A stretch of DNA of 64,000 nt from the IMG/VR virus record IMGVR_UViG_2663763243_000008, positions 1 through 64,000 of that record; one strand, written 5' to 3'. Shown here in pieces: positions 10,533 through 19,203 of this stretch. The notes under the pieces are model-generated. The model did not search any database. It worked only from the letters and a program-made list of their open reading frames with translations, and had not been told where the DNA came from. The translations under genes were made by a program, and so were the position numbers. Each line of letters begins with the position of its first letter. The stretch's first letter is position 1. The DNA is from a virus (taxonomy: Duplodnaviria; Caudoviricetes).

Positions 10533-10888
10533 TATTGGCCTCCTAGTGGCACGGCCAAACTCAACCGGCTTTCGCTGTCGGTACGGCTACCGGATAACTC
10601 CACTATCATCTGGCCGTCAATCTGGGTGGTGATACTGATGGCATTTAAGGTTACGCGCGGCTCCCAGCGCATCACTGCACCATACACCGCCGCCATCATT
10701 TTGAGACGCAGAGCGGGATTTTGTGGCTGGTCGATCAGAGTGGATAGCAGCGAACCATAATCACGGCGCATCACCCGCGTGCCTTGCGGGGTGGTCAGAA
10801 TGTCGCTGATTGACTGGCGGATGTGCTCAATATCTTCAATGTGCAAACCGCTGTTACGGTTCATGCCGATATATTTATAGCTCGTCAT
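10532..10888 (-). CDS. gpW: Baseplate wedge protein W (gp25-like)
   Basis: HIRQSISDILTTPQGTRVMRRDYGS...RWEPR. Confidence 0.95.
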   Translation of the reverse strand: MTSYKYIGMNRNSGLHIEDIEHIRQSISDILTTPQGTRVMRRDYGSLLSTLIDQPQNPALRLKMMAAVYGAVMRWEPRVTLNAISITTQIDGQMIVELSGSRTDSESRLSLAVPLGGQ

Positions 10889-11520
10889 TTAACCCCCTGA
10901 GTCCAATCGTCACCACGCTGCACGGCTCCGTGGTCATGCTTATCAACCACCACACCATTGGATGAGAACTGGCCGCCGGAATGCTCAATACTTCCGCTCA
11001 TTTTGCCGCCTTGTTTCACTTCTAAGGTGGCGGTAGCCAGATGTTGGGTACACTCCACAATGGGGGTATTCAGCGTGATTTTGACCGAGGCACTACAGAT
11101 AATATTGGGTGCGGTAACACTGGCCGACTCACTGGCTTCAATCACCGCCGAGGCTATTCCGGTAACGGCCAGGTGGCTGGTTTCCGGCTCATACTCAAAA
11201 CGGGCGCCATCAGGAAAAGTGATCACTATGCCATCGGCCGATTGTGACGGGGCTGGATTGGCATCTGAAAAAATGGCGGGCAGCACAAAACCGGTGGTGA
11301 GTTCACCGCCAATACTAAGCACCATCACTTGCTCACCCTTGGACGGCGCAGACCAAAAACGCACCCGACCGGCGCGTAGCGTTAACCAATTGAGCCAATC
11401 GGTTTCAAGGTTGCCTATCTTGACCCGACACAATCCGTTAGCAAGATCGACGTCTGAGACGATGCCAATACGGATAATGTTAGCCAATAGGCGTTTGAGG
11501 CCAGCAATAAGGATATTCAT
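10885..11520 (-). CDS. gpV: Baseplate spike protein V
   Basis: LLANIIRIG...TDWLNWL..RAG...APSKGEQV and C-terminal H.H metal motif; start placed at the ATG at 11520 below the late promoter. Confidence 0.93.
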   Translation of the reverse strand: MNILIAGLKRLLANIIRIGIVSDVDLANGLCRVKIGNLETDWLNWLTLRAGRVRFWSAPSKGEQVMVLSIGGELTTGFVLPAIFSDANPAPSQSADGIVITFPDGARFEYEPETSHLAVTGIASAVIEASESASVTAPNIICSASVKITLNTPIVECTQHLATATLEVKQGGKMSGSIEHSGGQFSSNGVVVDKHDHGAVQRGDDWTQGVK

Positions 11521-11565
11521 TCGGCCAGTCTGCCGCCTACGGGCGCGCGGGGCATGTGATGGGTT

Positions 11566-11585
11566 TTGTGTGATGGATGGCACAA
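11566..11585. promoter_or_regulatory. Ogr-binding site of late promoter pV
   Basis: TTGTGTGATGGATGGCACAA = TGT-N12-ACA. Confidence 0.85.
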
Positions 11586-11656
11586 GGGAAATGAGACTAA
11601 AGCACGCATGCTAATATCACTTGCATTGATGTATTTATTGGGGGTACATTAAATAA

Positions 11657-11929
11657 ATGGACATATCTTACGACCCAACCAAAAACGAAAAAAATATTGC
11701 TGAACGTAAATTGTCCTTTGAGGTGGCGCGTGATTTTGAAGTGGCTACCGCGCTAATTGTTGAGGATCTACGAAAGGAATATCCAGAGCGGCGCTTTCAG
11801 GCACTGGGCTACATTGAAGAGCGGTTACATATGTTGGTATTCACACCACGTAACGGCAAGGTGCATGTTATCAGTCTGCGTAAGGCCAATTCCCGTGAGG
11901 TAAAGCGGTATGAACAAAAAAATCAGTAA
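11657..11929 (+). CDS. brnT: BrnT-family ribonuclease toxin
   Basis: YDPTKNEKNIAERKLSFE...YPERRFQALG...VISLRKANSREVKRY. Confidence 0.92.
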   Translation: MDISYDPTKNEKNIAERKLSFEVARDFEVATALIVEDLRKEYPERRFQALGYIEERLHMLVFTPRNGKVHVISLRKANSREVKRYEQKNQ

Positions 11930-12200
11930 AGTCACCATAACCGATAACCCTGAGTGGGGCGAGGCAGAGTTTGCCCGCGCACGTCCAGCTACCGAGGTAT
12001 TTACCGAGTTGTTTGGGAAAGAGGGCGCGGAAAAGGTGATAAAAACCCGTGGTCGGCCAAAACTGGCAAATCCGAAAGAGCCGGTTAAGTTACGGATTGA
12101 TCACGATGTGGTGGACGCCTATCGGGCGCAGGGTGATGGATGGCAAACTAAGATGAATGAAGCGTTGCGCGATTACGCTAAAACACATGGAATGCTGTGA
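11910..12200 (+). CDS. brnA: BrnA-family antitoxin
   Basis: DNPEW...RGRPK...VKLRIDHDVVDAYRAQGDGWQTKMNEALR; overlaps brnT. Confidence 0.92.
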   Translation: MNKKISKVTITDNPEWGEAEFARARPATEVFTELFGKEGAEKVIKTRGRPKLANPKEPVKLRIDHDVVDAYRAQGDGWQTKMNEALRDYAKTHGML

Positions 12201-12221
12201 TTTAGTGTGGCATAGCAATAC

Positions 12222-12298
12222 ATCAGTTCTTCAATCCATGCGCTATCGCCGTCAGTAAAGTGCAATAACTGGCGGCGCTCTTATTTAACGGTTAGCCA
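12222..12298 (-). repeat. Decayed copy of the gene S 3' end
   Basis: Translates LTVK*ERRQLLHFTDGDSAWIE versus gpS PTVKYERRQLLGFTDGDSEWIG (about 14445-14515). Confidence 0.88.
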
Positions 12299-12375
12299 GT
12301 AGGGGAATTAAGGTCAACCATAGAGAAAGGAATGGTTATAGGGTAACTGAAAACAGCCGCCTCATTGATGTTATT

Positions 12376-12549
12376 TCAAATGTATTTATTCGGCATTAGT
12401 TTGCAAGACACCAAGAACACTATCACGATGGTTGCTAATGTGAGTTTTCCAAAGTGATCAGGAAAAAATATCAAATAACAGATTGAACATATGATAATAA
12501 CCACAAATGGAATCGTTGAAAATAATATGTTACACAATATATTTTTCAT
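12376..12549 (-). CDS. 57-aa two-TM membrane protein (absent from the ORF track)
   Basis: MKNILCNILFSTIPFVVIIICSICYLIFFPDHFGKLTLATIVIVFLVSCKLMPNKYI*; its ATG overlaps the upstream stop (TAATG). Confidence 0.75.
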   Translation of the reverse strand: MKNILCNILFSTIPFVVIIICSICYLIFFPDHFGKLTLATIVIVFLVSCKLMPNKYI

Positions 12550-13250
12550 TATCTTCCCATGCCATTAAGTATATTCACAATTTCGTCAAAGCTTAAATTG
12601 GAGTTCGAACGTATTTTCTCCATGGCTTTAGAAATAACCGGATCGATATATACATAAAGCATTTCTATATTATTGATTCGTAGTAAATTGTAATACCCAG
12701 GGTCAATGACTTGCAGCTTCCTGGCTGCCATGGCGGACTTCTGAACTTTGCCATATAAATCAGCGGCATTAATTAAAAACAAACCTTTTTTATTTATTTC
12801 TGCTCGAACAATATTCGATACAGAGAATGACCCAGAAACCGTTTTCGCTATAGAGTAAGCCATTGATTTTTTGGTAGCCATTGAAACTGCGAGATTGGCA
12901 CCCACATGGGATGAGTGATAAGCAGAACTCCGCGCATTTTCACGCAGCGTATGTTTATCAAGAACATACTCGACATAAAGCTTTATCATGTCAAAGATAA
13001 CGTCAGATCTTTTGTATATTTCTGATATTGCCTTTATTATTCTTGCATCCTCAGCCTTTATCTCCTGACATTCACTGGCATACTTTTCAAAAAAACAGGA
13101 TGTATACCAACTGGCTCTCTCTGCGCCACTGTATACACTCTCGATTGTTCCCTTGGCAGAACTCATGGTTTCTTTTAGCCCACGATCAAGTGAGAGTGAT
13201 AACATCCTATCTGCATTTAGTTTTTCTTTTAAATAAATAGAAGCATTCAT
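12549..13250 (-). CDS. Hypothetical protein (moron)
   Basis: 233-aa AT-rich ORF with GGAG RBS; no family recognised. Confidence 0.8.
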   Translation of the reverse strand: MNASIYLKEKLNADRMLSLSLDRGLKETMSSAKGTIESVYSGAERASWYTSCFFEKYASECQEIKAEDARIIKAISEIYKRSDVIFDMIKLYVEYVLDKHTLRENARSSAYHSSHVGANLAVSMATKKSMAYSIAKTVSGSFSVSNIVRAEINKKGLFLINAADLYGKVQKSAMAARKLQVIDPGYYNLLRINNIEMLYVYIDPVISKAMEKIRSNSNLSFDEIVNILNGMGR

Positions 13251-13329
13251 TAACTAGCACTCCATTGATTGTTAATAATCGTGTACTATACGTTATAATT
13301 ATGGATTTTAAATACTACAAAGGAGCTGT

Positions 13330-13578
13330 ATGATGCGATTGGCTAAATTTGGGACTTTTCTTGTTTTATTTGTTATCTTGACCTTTCTTATTCCAGAAGT
13401 GTTGGTCTTGGTATTGTCAAGTGATCAGTTTGGCGATGCGATCAGTTATTTTAACTTTCTTAATACGAATATTCTGATAGCGCTCTATTATGAAATGGCT
13501 ATTCTTGCTCTTATTCTGTCATATTTACTGACGAAAGTGATTTTTCATTTAATAAGAAAAAATAAATCATTTATATAA
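13330..13578 (+). CDS. Small two-TM membrane protein (moron)
   Basis: AAGGAG RBS, two hydrophobic segments, divergent from the 233-aa gene. Confidence 0.78.
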   Translation: MMRLAKFGTFLVLFVILTFLIPEVLVLVLSSDQFGDAISYFNFLNTNILIALYYEMAILALILSYLLTKVIFHLIRKNKSFI

Positions 13579-13602
13579 AATAATGAGTTAGAGATGTTTT
13601 CT

Positions 13603-13670
13603 ACACTAAACGCCTATCCATTCATTATCGCCGTCAGTAAAGCCTAATGACTGATGGCGCGGGTACTTAA
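13603..13670 (-). repeat. Second decayed copy of the gene S 3' end
   Basis: Translates KYPRHQSLGFTDGDNEWIGV*. Confidence 0.85.
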
Positions 13671-13671
13671 T

Positions 13672-13730
13672 TATTCATGCAGTCAGTGTGCCGCTTACGG
13701 GCGCGCACGACATGTGATGGATGGCACAAG
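13672..13730 (-). repeat. Decayed copy of the gene V start and pV promoter
   Basis: TATTCAT..TGCCGCTTACGGGCGCGC..CATGTGATGGATGGCACAAG matches 11514-11586, with a deletion between two TGTGATGG repeats that removes half the Ogr site. Confidence 0.85.
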
Positions 13731-13806
13731 AGATAATGTCATTGGGCATTACCTCTGTAACATGTTCTTATGACACTTAATTAAACAATAAAACCGAGTA
13801 TTCTAA

Positions 13807-14406
13807 ATGCGACTATTATTATTTTTTACTGGTTTTTTAGTTATTAGCACTAACGCTTATTCAGCCACAAAACCTAACCAATGGGAATCACGCATAAAAG
13901 TGTATACCCCCTCAATTGGAATTCAGCAGGATGATTCACAATTTATCGATAGCAATAATTTGGCTCTAATTACGCGCTTTGTAAGTGGCTGCGATGGGCG
14001 AGCTAACCCATGGAGTTTTGTTATAAAGGGCGTATATGAGCGAAATGATAACTCTGTTTATATATTATCCAATAAACCGTTATGTGTAGCAGATACACCG
14101 GCAATAAAGCGGTACTTAGATGAAGCGATTGAAATAAATAAAAACAAAAGCGCTGAAAGGGCATCGAGAGAAATTCAGTGGGCCAAAAGGGATCCTAAAC
14201 GACCGTATGCGTTAGGCTGCGAGGCTTATAAAAGGTCAGTCAGAGGGTTAGATGACATACCAACTATTGATATCGTCAAAAAACTTTATCCTAAGCTCAA
14301 TCCGATATATGTAACTAATTTATGGTCTCAGGGATATAAGCACGCTCAATCTTATGGAATGGCTAACGTTGATTGTAAGTACTTGGCTGATATTTCAGGT
14401 GTCTAA
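13807..14406 (+). CDS. Exported hypothetical protein (moron)
   Basis: N-terminal signal peptide (MRLLLFFTGFLVISTNAYSA), four Cys, antisense to the late operon. Confidence 0.8.
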   Translation: MRLLLFFTGFLVISTNAYSATKPNQWESRIKVYTPSIGIQQDDSQFIDSNNLALITRFVSGCDGRANPWSFVIKGVYERNDNSVYILSNKPLCVADTPAIKRYLDEAIEINKNKSAERASREIQWAKRDPKRPYALGCEAYKRSVRGLDDIPTIDIVKKLYPKLNPIYVTNLWSQGYKHAQSYGMANVDCKYLADISGV

Positions 14407-14417
14407 TTTAATAATAA

Positions 14418-14864
14418 TTATTTACCAATCCACTCCAACGCCAGATCCCCAATCCATTCACTGTCGCCGTCAGTAAAGCCTAGCAACTGGCGGCGCTCGT
14501 ATTTAACCGTTGGCCCGTTCTTTGTGACCTTATCCCGTAAGCCGTAGTGATGCACTCGCACCAGATTATTGACCTTACCGCTAAAGGTGACGGCGGCCTC
14601 GTCGGCGTTGGATTCGTTTTTGATATAACGGGCGGTGCGCAGCTTGGTAAACATCTTGCGCTTGATGCGGCCTTGTTTATCGCGGCGTTTTTTCTTGCGT
14701 GGCACAAAGGGCGATCCGTCTGGGTTTTGCTGCGACTGAATATGCTTTTGCTGGCGCTGGCGTAGCTGTTTGGATACCTGGCGCATAAACGCACCACGCG
14801 CCGGTGGGGATAATTGCGCCAGTAAAATTGATAAGGTTTGGTCTAACTCATGCAGATCATTCAT
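14418..14864 (-). CDS. gpS: Tail completion/virion morphogenesis protein S
   Basis: QQNPDGSPFVPRK...MFTKLR...VHHYGL...RQLLG. Confidence 0.93.
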   Translation of the reverse strand: MNDLHELDQTLSILLAQLSPPARGAFMRQVSKQLRQRQQKHIQSQQNPDGSPFVPRKKKRRDKQGRIKRKMFTKLRTARYIKNESNADEAAVTFSGKVNNLVRVHHYGLRDKVTKNGPTVKYERRQLLGFTDGDSEWIGDLALEWIGK

Positions 14865-15328
14865 GCGACCCACTCCGCCACGGTTTTACCGTCAACATTC
14901 ACTTTGTAGCTTTTGACAAAATATTCCGGCGGCACCGGCTCTGCCATATGCGTCACGGTTAACGTTCCGTCTTGTTCCTTAACAATGGTTCGCTCAGTGA
15001 GTTTAATGTCGAAACTGATATCACAAACCTTATTATCCAGATAGTCGGCCTCAAAGGTGAATCCATCCTGACGCTTATCGGGATTTGCCATAATATCCGG
15101 CTGGTTGGTGCGCAACCAATGCAGGATCGGCACCACAATCAAATCAATGCTATCAGCGTAATCGGTCACCACCAGATTTAAGGTGTACTGATACTCAAAC
15201 GATAATGACGGGGCCAGCGTGGCAATAATCGCCCCTTTATCAATAAAGACATGTAAGCAGTCCGGGTTTTGCTTGATATACGCCACCGTCTTTAAAATGG
15301 CGGTGCGCAGCGAATCAGGCTTTAACAT
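14861..15328 (-). CDS. gpR: Tail completion protein R
   Basis: MLKPDSLR...SLSFEYQYTLN...WLRTNQPD...LTER. Confidence 0.93.
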   Translation of the reverse strand: MLKPDSLRTAILKTVAYIKQNPDCLHVFIDKGAIIATLAPSLSFEYQYTLNLVVTDYADSIDLIVVPILHWLRTNQPDIMANPDKRQDGFTFEADYLDNKVCDISFDIKLTERTIVKEQDGTLTVTHMAEPVPPEYFVKSYKVNVDGKTVAEWVA

Positions 15329-15578
15329 TGGCGGCCCCTTGCTGGCAAGCCAGCACCGTATCAACCTGCGCCGCGCAAGCGTGCAATGCGGCCTCAAGGT
15401 GGTCAATATCGTCGTTTAAGTCACCGTTAGTGTGCGGTTCCGCTGCTGGAAATGGACAAGGCGTGACTCTCGGACAGCCATTGACGGTAATCTGCGGCCC
15501 CGGTAAAGGCAGGTCGCTGGCGCAGCCGGATAATATCATCAGGCAGGGGAGTATCAGCCCAGCGGCGTAAGGTTTCAT
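15315..15578 (-). CDS. lysC: Outer-membrane spanin LysC (Rz1-like)
   Basis: Lipobox LSGC, Pro-rich, CP.VTPC; overlaps lysB in another frame; GAGG RBS. Confidence 0.88.
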   Translation of the reverse strand: MKPYAAGLILPCLMILSGCASDLPLPGPQITVNGCPRVTPCPFPAAEPHTNGDLNDDIDHLEAALHACAAQVDTVLACQQGAANVKA

Positions 15579-15852
15579 TTTCACGGTATAACCTCTTGAT
15601 TTGGCTATTACGCTGCGCCAACAACTGATCCGTACTGGCAACCTGTTGGCGCAATTGTGCCTGTGCCTGATTATTGGCATTGGCGATCAGTGCCAGCGCG
15701 ATAAGCTGCCCGTTTTTACTGGCTACGTCGGCGGCTTGCTGATCAATTACTACTTGCCGGGCCTCAGACAAACGATAAGTTTGTACACCACTGGCGATCA
15801 GCAAGACGGCGGCAACTGTCCAGGCGAGTGGAGCGGTGTTGAAGATTGACAT
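15427..15852 (-). CDS. lysB: Inner-membrane spanin LysB (Rz-like)
   Basis: N-terminal TM, coiled coil, ENETLRRWADTPLP. Confidence 0.9.
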   Translation of the reverse strand: MSIFNTAPLAWTVAAVLLIASGVQTYRLSEARQVVIDQQAADVASKNGQLIALALIANANNQAQAQLRQQVASTDQLLAQRNSQIKRLYRENETLRRWADTPLPDDIIRLRQRPAFTGAADYRQWLSESHALSISSSGTAH

Positions 15853-15856
15853 GGTG

Positions 15857-16252
15857 TTAGCCCGGATATTGACGGGCGGACAATTGAAAATGCGGGCCGT
15901 CTTTAAAGGTGGTCCAGTTACCGCCCCATTCCACGGCGATCCTCAGCTCAGCGGCGGCCTGTTTCATCGCATCAGCCATCGGATAAAAATACTTCCATTC
16001 CCAACTCACCTTGCCATCGGGCAGCGGCACAATATCCACCGCATGACCGGTTAAATGGCGGCTGTTCAGGGTTCGGCTGGCTCCAGCATTAACCAGTTGG
16101 CGCTGGCGTTCCAGTGTGCGAACACCTTCGATCACTTTAAAATCAATCGATGTCAGCTCCAGCGCGCGGCGCACCACCTTGACCAAATCAGGATGCACGC
16201 CGATCAAGTTACTTTCGCTGGCCTTGCCGAAAATGAATTTATTGCTTGGCAT
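15857..16252 (-). CDS. Endolysin, peptidase M15 (L-Ala-D-Glu peptidase type)
   Basis: EGVRTLERQ...SRHLTGHAVD...WGGNW..FKDGPHFQL. Confidence 0.92.
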   Translation of the reverse strand: MPSNKFIFGKASESNLIGVHPDLVKVVRRALELTSIDFKVIEGVRTLERQRQLVNAGASRTLNSRHLTGHAVDIVPLPDGKVSWEWKYFYPMADAMKQAAAELRIAVEWGGNWTTFKDGPHFQLSARQYPG

Positions 16253-16625
16253 CAGAGGTTCCCGCCTTTTTGTTAACAATTTTAAATACCAGCTCACGAA
16301 TGGTCTGCAAGCCAATCAGCCCGATAAGGCAACTGACAAATATTTCCACTTTCCCGGCCGCAACTTCGGTTAATGCGCCATTGAGCCAGGGAATCGCATC
16401 AATCAGATGGATCAGCATCGGGGAGATAACCGGGCCGATATTGACGCCGACCAGCCCACACACCACCCCCTCACCAATGCCCTCACGCAACTTACCGCCG
16501 CCCCACACTACGCGGCGAAACGCCACAATAAAGGCGACCAGAAAGCCGTTTATCACGGTTGAATGGGTAGAATAAAAGGCCAGCGCCACCCCCACCCAAC
16601 TTGGATCTTTTTCTGGCATTTTCAT
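16239..16625 (-). CDS. Holin, lambda-S-like with Met-Lys-Met dual start
   Basis: Starts MKMPEK like lambda S107/S105; three hydrophobic segments, basic tail. Confidence 0.85.
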   Translation of the reverse strand: MKMPEKDPSWVGVALAFYSTHSTVINGFLVAFIVAFRRVVWGGGKLREGIGEGVVCGLVGVNIGPVISPMLIHLIDAIPWLNGALTEVAAGKVEIFVSCLIGLIGLQTIRELVFKIVNKKAGTSDAKQ

Positions 16626-16655
16626 GTCCGTTACCCCCTGTGGGGAATTGTGCAA

Positions 16656-16859
16656 TCAGTCCCAAAGCTGCAGGGTTTGCGTGGTGACAGCGGCGCTGAC
16701 TTCCGGCATTTCCACCGGGTAACCGTGTGGTAAAACTGGCCCGATATCCGCTAACCCCGGATTAGCCGCCAACACTTTTTCAGTCACGCCCTCAGTGCGG
16801 CCGTAGTAGCGCCAACACATGGCATCAACGGTGTCGTACTGCTGGGCCAGAATGCGCAT
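16656..16859 (-). CDS. gpX: Tail protein X
   Basis: DTVDAMCWRYYG...VLAANPGLA...QLWD. Confidence 0.95.
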   Translation of the reverse strand: MRILAQQYDTVDAMCWRYYGRTEGVTEKVLAANPGLADIGPVLPHGYPVEMPEVSAAVTTQTLQLWD

Positions 16860-17350
16860 TAAATCAGCTCCACCGTCATGCGGTTGATGGCCTGAATATC
16901 GTTAATCGCCCAGGCCGCATCACGGCGCAGATTATCAATGGTGGGTTCCAGTGAATCGGCCCGCTTGCCGCCCGCGCCAGTGGTATCAAAGCCACGAAAA
17001 CGATCAGTTAAACGGGCTTGCATCAGGCAAAACACCGCCGTGCGGTACAACTGAATACGGGTACTTTCCTCATTCAGTTTTTCCGCTGGTACCTCCGCCG
17101 CTGACCGATAACCCTGTTTTTGCTGGGTTAAGCGCCAGACTGTCAGCCGATCATTCACTTCATTGATGGCAAACAGCGCCGCCTCGATAACGCGCGGCTG
17201 GGTGATGGTGCCGTCCTGCCGTGACTCTTCGCGGTACTGATTCAGGTCGATATCCGGCCAGAAACCGTCATTTTTAATGACCGTGTTTTCCGCGGGTTCC
17301 ACCGGTACTGGCGCTTCTGGTGTCTGATCGGTGTTGATGAAGATTTCCAT
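16859..17350 (-). CDS. gpL: Head completion protein L
   Basis: NDGFWPDI...YRTAV...WAINDI...VELI. Confidence 0.92.
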   Translation of the reverse strand: MEIFINTDQTPEAPVPVEPAENTVIKNDGFWPDIDLNQYREESRQDGTITQPRVIEAALFAINEVNDRLTVWRLTQQKQGYRSAAEVPAEKLNEESTRIQLYRTAVFCLMQARLTDRFRGFDTTGAGGKRADSLEPTIDNLRRDAAWAINDIQAINRMTVELI

Positions 17351-17448
17351 GCTGACACTCGCAAAATAAACGGGCGGTGGACACTGGCTTTATCAGAGTG
17401 AAAAAACAGCCTAATTAGCCAGCGTGCCGCCCTCGCCGGGGCGTAAGG

Positions 17449-18105
17449 TTATGAGGCTGCTTTAATCAGCTTCTCAAGATTCTTGATATCGGTTTTCACA
17501 CCGCTGTTATCGTCCAGTTGCAGCGCCGTTTTCAGGTTTGCCAGTGCGAGAACGTGGTCGCCGTCCTGACGCAGGGCATAACCGACAAACTTATGCAGCC
17601 GGGCGCAAACCATATCCGGCATATCCTGACCGGTGAGAATTTGCTGGGCGCGTAATAGCTGCGGAGTATCGAGCGGTTTTTGGTCGGTCAAAGTGCGCTG
17701 CGCAATAGCGGCGACCTCTTCGGCAATCAGGCACGCGGTGGTGCGCTTAAAGCTATCCGGCGTCACCAAATCATGCTTGATGGCATACTCCGCAATATCC
17801 AGAGCGCGGGTGATATCACCCACATCCAGATGCCAAATCAACATACGCATCAGAATGTCGTCCTGTTCGCCGCTATCTTTCGCCAGCACACCCGCCACCC
17901 ACGGCTGGTAAGTGGGCAACATGCCTTGTTTAACTTCGGCTTTGCGGGCGATCGACTCAATACGGCCCAATTGGGCCATATCCTGTTGCAGCTTGAACAA
18001 CAACAGCTCGTAGTTGCTGGCGTGGCTCAAGTTTGCCGCCTCGCTCAGTGAATCCGATTGCTGGGCCGCCACAAACAGCCGATGGCGGCGAACGGGGTTA
18101 CTCAT
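17449..18105 (-). CDS. gpM: Terminase small (endonuclease) subunit M
   Basis: LP.YQPWVAGVL...QDDIL...IWHLDVGD...GVKTDI. Confidence 0.92.
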   Translation of the reverse strand: MSNPVRRHRLFVAAQQSDSLSEAANLSHASNYELLLFKLQQDMAQLGRIESIARKAEVKQGMLPTYQPWVAGVLAKDSGEQDDILMRMLIWHLDVGDITRALDIAEYAIKHDLVTPDSFKRTTACLIAEEVAAIAQRTLTDQKPLDTPQLLRAQQILTGQDMPDMVCARLHKFVGYALRQDGDHVLALANLKTALQLDDNSGVKTDIKNLEKLIKAAS

Positions 18106-18111
18106 AATGAA

Positions 18112-19167
18112 TTAGCCCCCAGCCGGAACGGAGAAATCACCGAATTCAATGTTTTCAATCAGGGCTACGCCGTCGAAATCTTCAACCACATAGGCTTCAT
18201 TGACTGACTCATAGTTTTCAATGCGATCCCGTTTTGGATTGTCGATAATGTGGCGGCGGCGAGTGCCGTCTTGCCAGTAGATAGACAGGTTATCTAAACG
18301 AGTGATCATGATGGCATTAGCCGGGAATGAGGGCGCACGAACTGCGGGCAAACCGCCAACACGCTTTTGGCTGATAATTAAATCGGCGGCCAGCGCTTCG
18401 CTGTTCGGCTGTTCCTGATTAACGATCGGGAAGTATTTATCCGCCAGTAACTGACGGCCAACAATCACCACCAGTTCGGTATCTTCCTGGAACCACGGTT
18501 GAATCAGTTCATCGGTGGCGGCCATCACCAGCGCATCCAGATTATGGAAGTCACCCCCTTTGCCGATGCGGATTTTTGCAGAGATCACATCACCTTGCTC
18601 ATCAACCACTTTATCCATCACCTGACCTGGCGCATCATCACGAATGCTTTGCAGCCAGCCACGGTTAACATCTTGCAGTAACTTATTGACGCTACCGTCA
18701 GAGGTTTTTGCGCGGTGAGTACCGTTAAAACCGATCATGATGCGATCCAGCGCCTGGCGTTTCACAATCGCATCACGGATGCGGATTTGAAAATCAGGGA
18801 ATTTAGCCCACATATCCAATTTGATATAAGCCAGCGCGGTATCAAAGTTGGTCTGGGTACAGTTATATTTTGTCCCATCCAGACCGCTGGGATCGGAGGC
18901 TTCACGTTCTTGCTTCGAGGTGTCGGTGGTGCTGGCAATCGGGCGATCAATACTTAAGCCAACCTTTTCACCCTCTTTCTCATCCACTGGATAAATGTTG
19001 ATTTTTGACAGAAAAACGCTGCTTTCCTGTTGTTTAGTTTCCAGTTTTTGCGCAATGGACGGCTCAACGGTGAATTTGGTGTTGATGTCATCGGCTTTTT
19101 CCAAACCGTTCAGGCTGGCAACCTGCTGGCGGTATTGGTTGTACTTTTGTCGGGTGACTTTTTTCAT
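18112..19167 (-). CDS. gpN: Major capsid protein N
   Basis: KFTVEPS...ALDRIMIGFNG...LLQDVNRGW...NLSIYWQ. Confidence 0.96.
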   Translation of the reverse strand: MKKVTRQKYNQYRQQVASLNGLEKADDINTKFTVEPSIAQKLETKQQESSVFLSKINIYPVDEKEGEKVGLSIDRPIASTTDTSKQEREASDPSGLDGTKYNCTQTNFDTALAYIKLDMWAKFPDFQIRIRDAIVKRQALDRIMIGFNGTHRAKTSDGSVNKLLQDVNRGWLQSIRDDAPGQVMDKVVDEQGDVISAKIRIGKGGDFHNLDALVMAATDELIQPWFQEDTELVVIVGRQLLADKYFPIVNQEQPNSEALAADLIISQKRVGGLPAVRAPSFPANAIMITRLDNLSIYWQDGTRRRHIIDNPKRDRIENYESVNEAYVVEDFDGVALIENIEFGDFSVPAGG

Positions 19168-19203
19168 GTGAAATTAAATCCTTAACATGGCAAGCGAAGT
19201 GAA

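Noticed and set aside
11514-14515. Integron
   Set aside because: No IntI or attC-like palindromes; the spacers are relics of phage genes S and V
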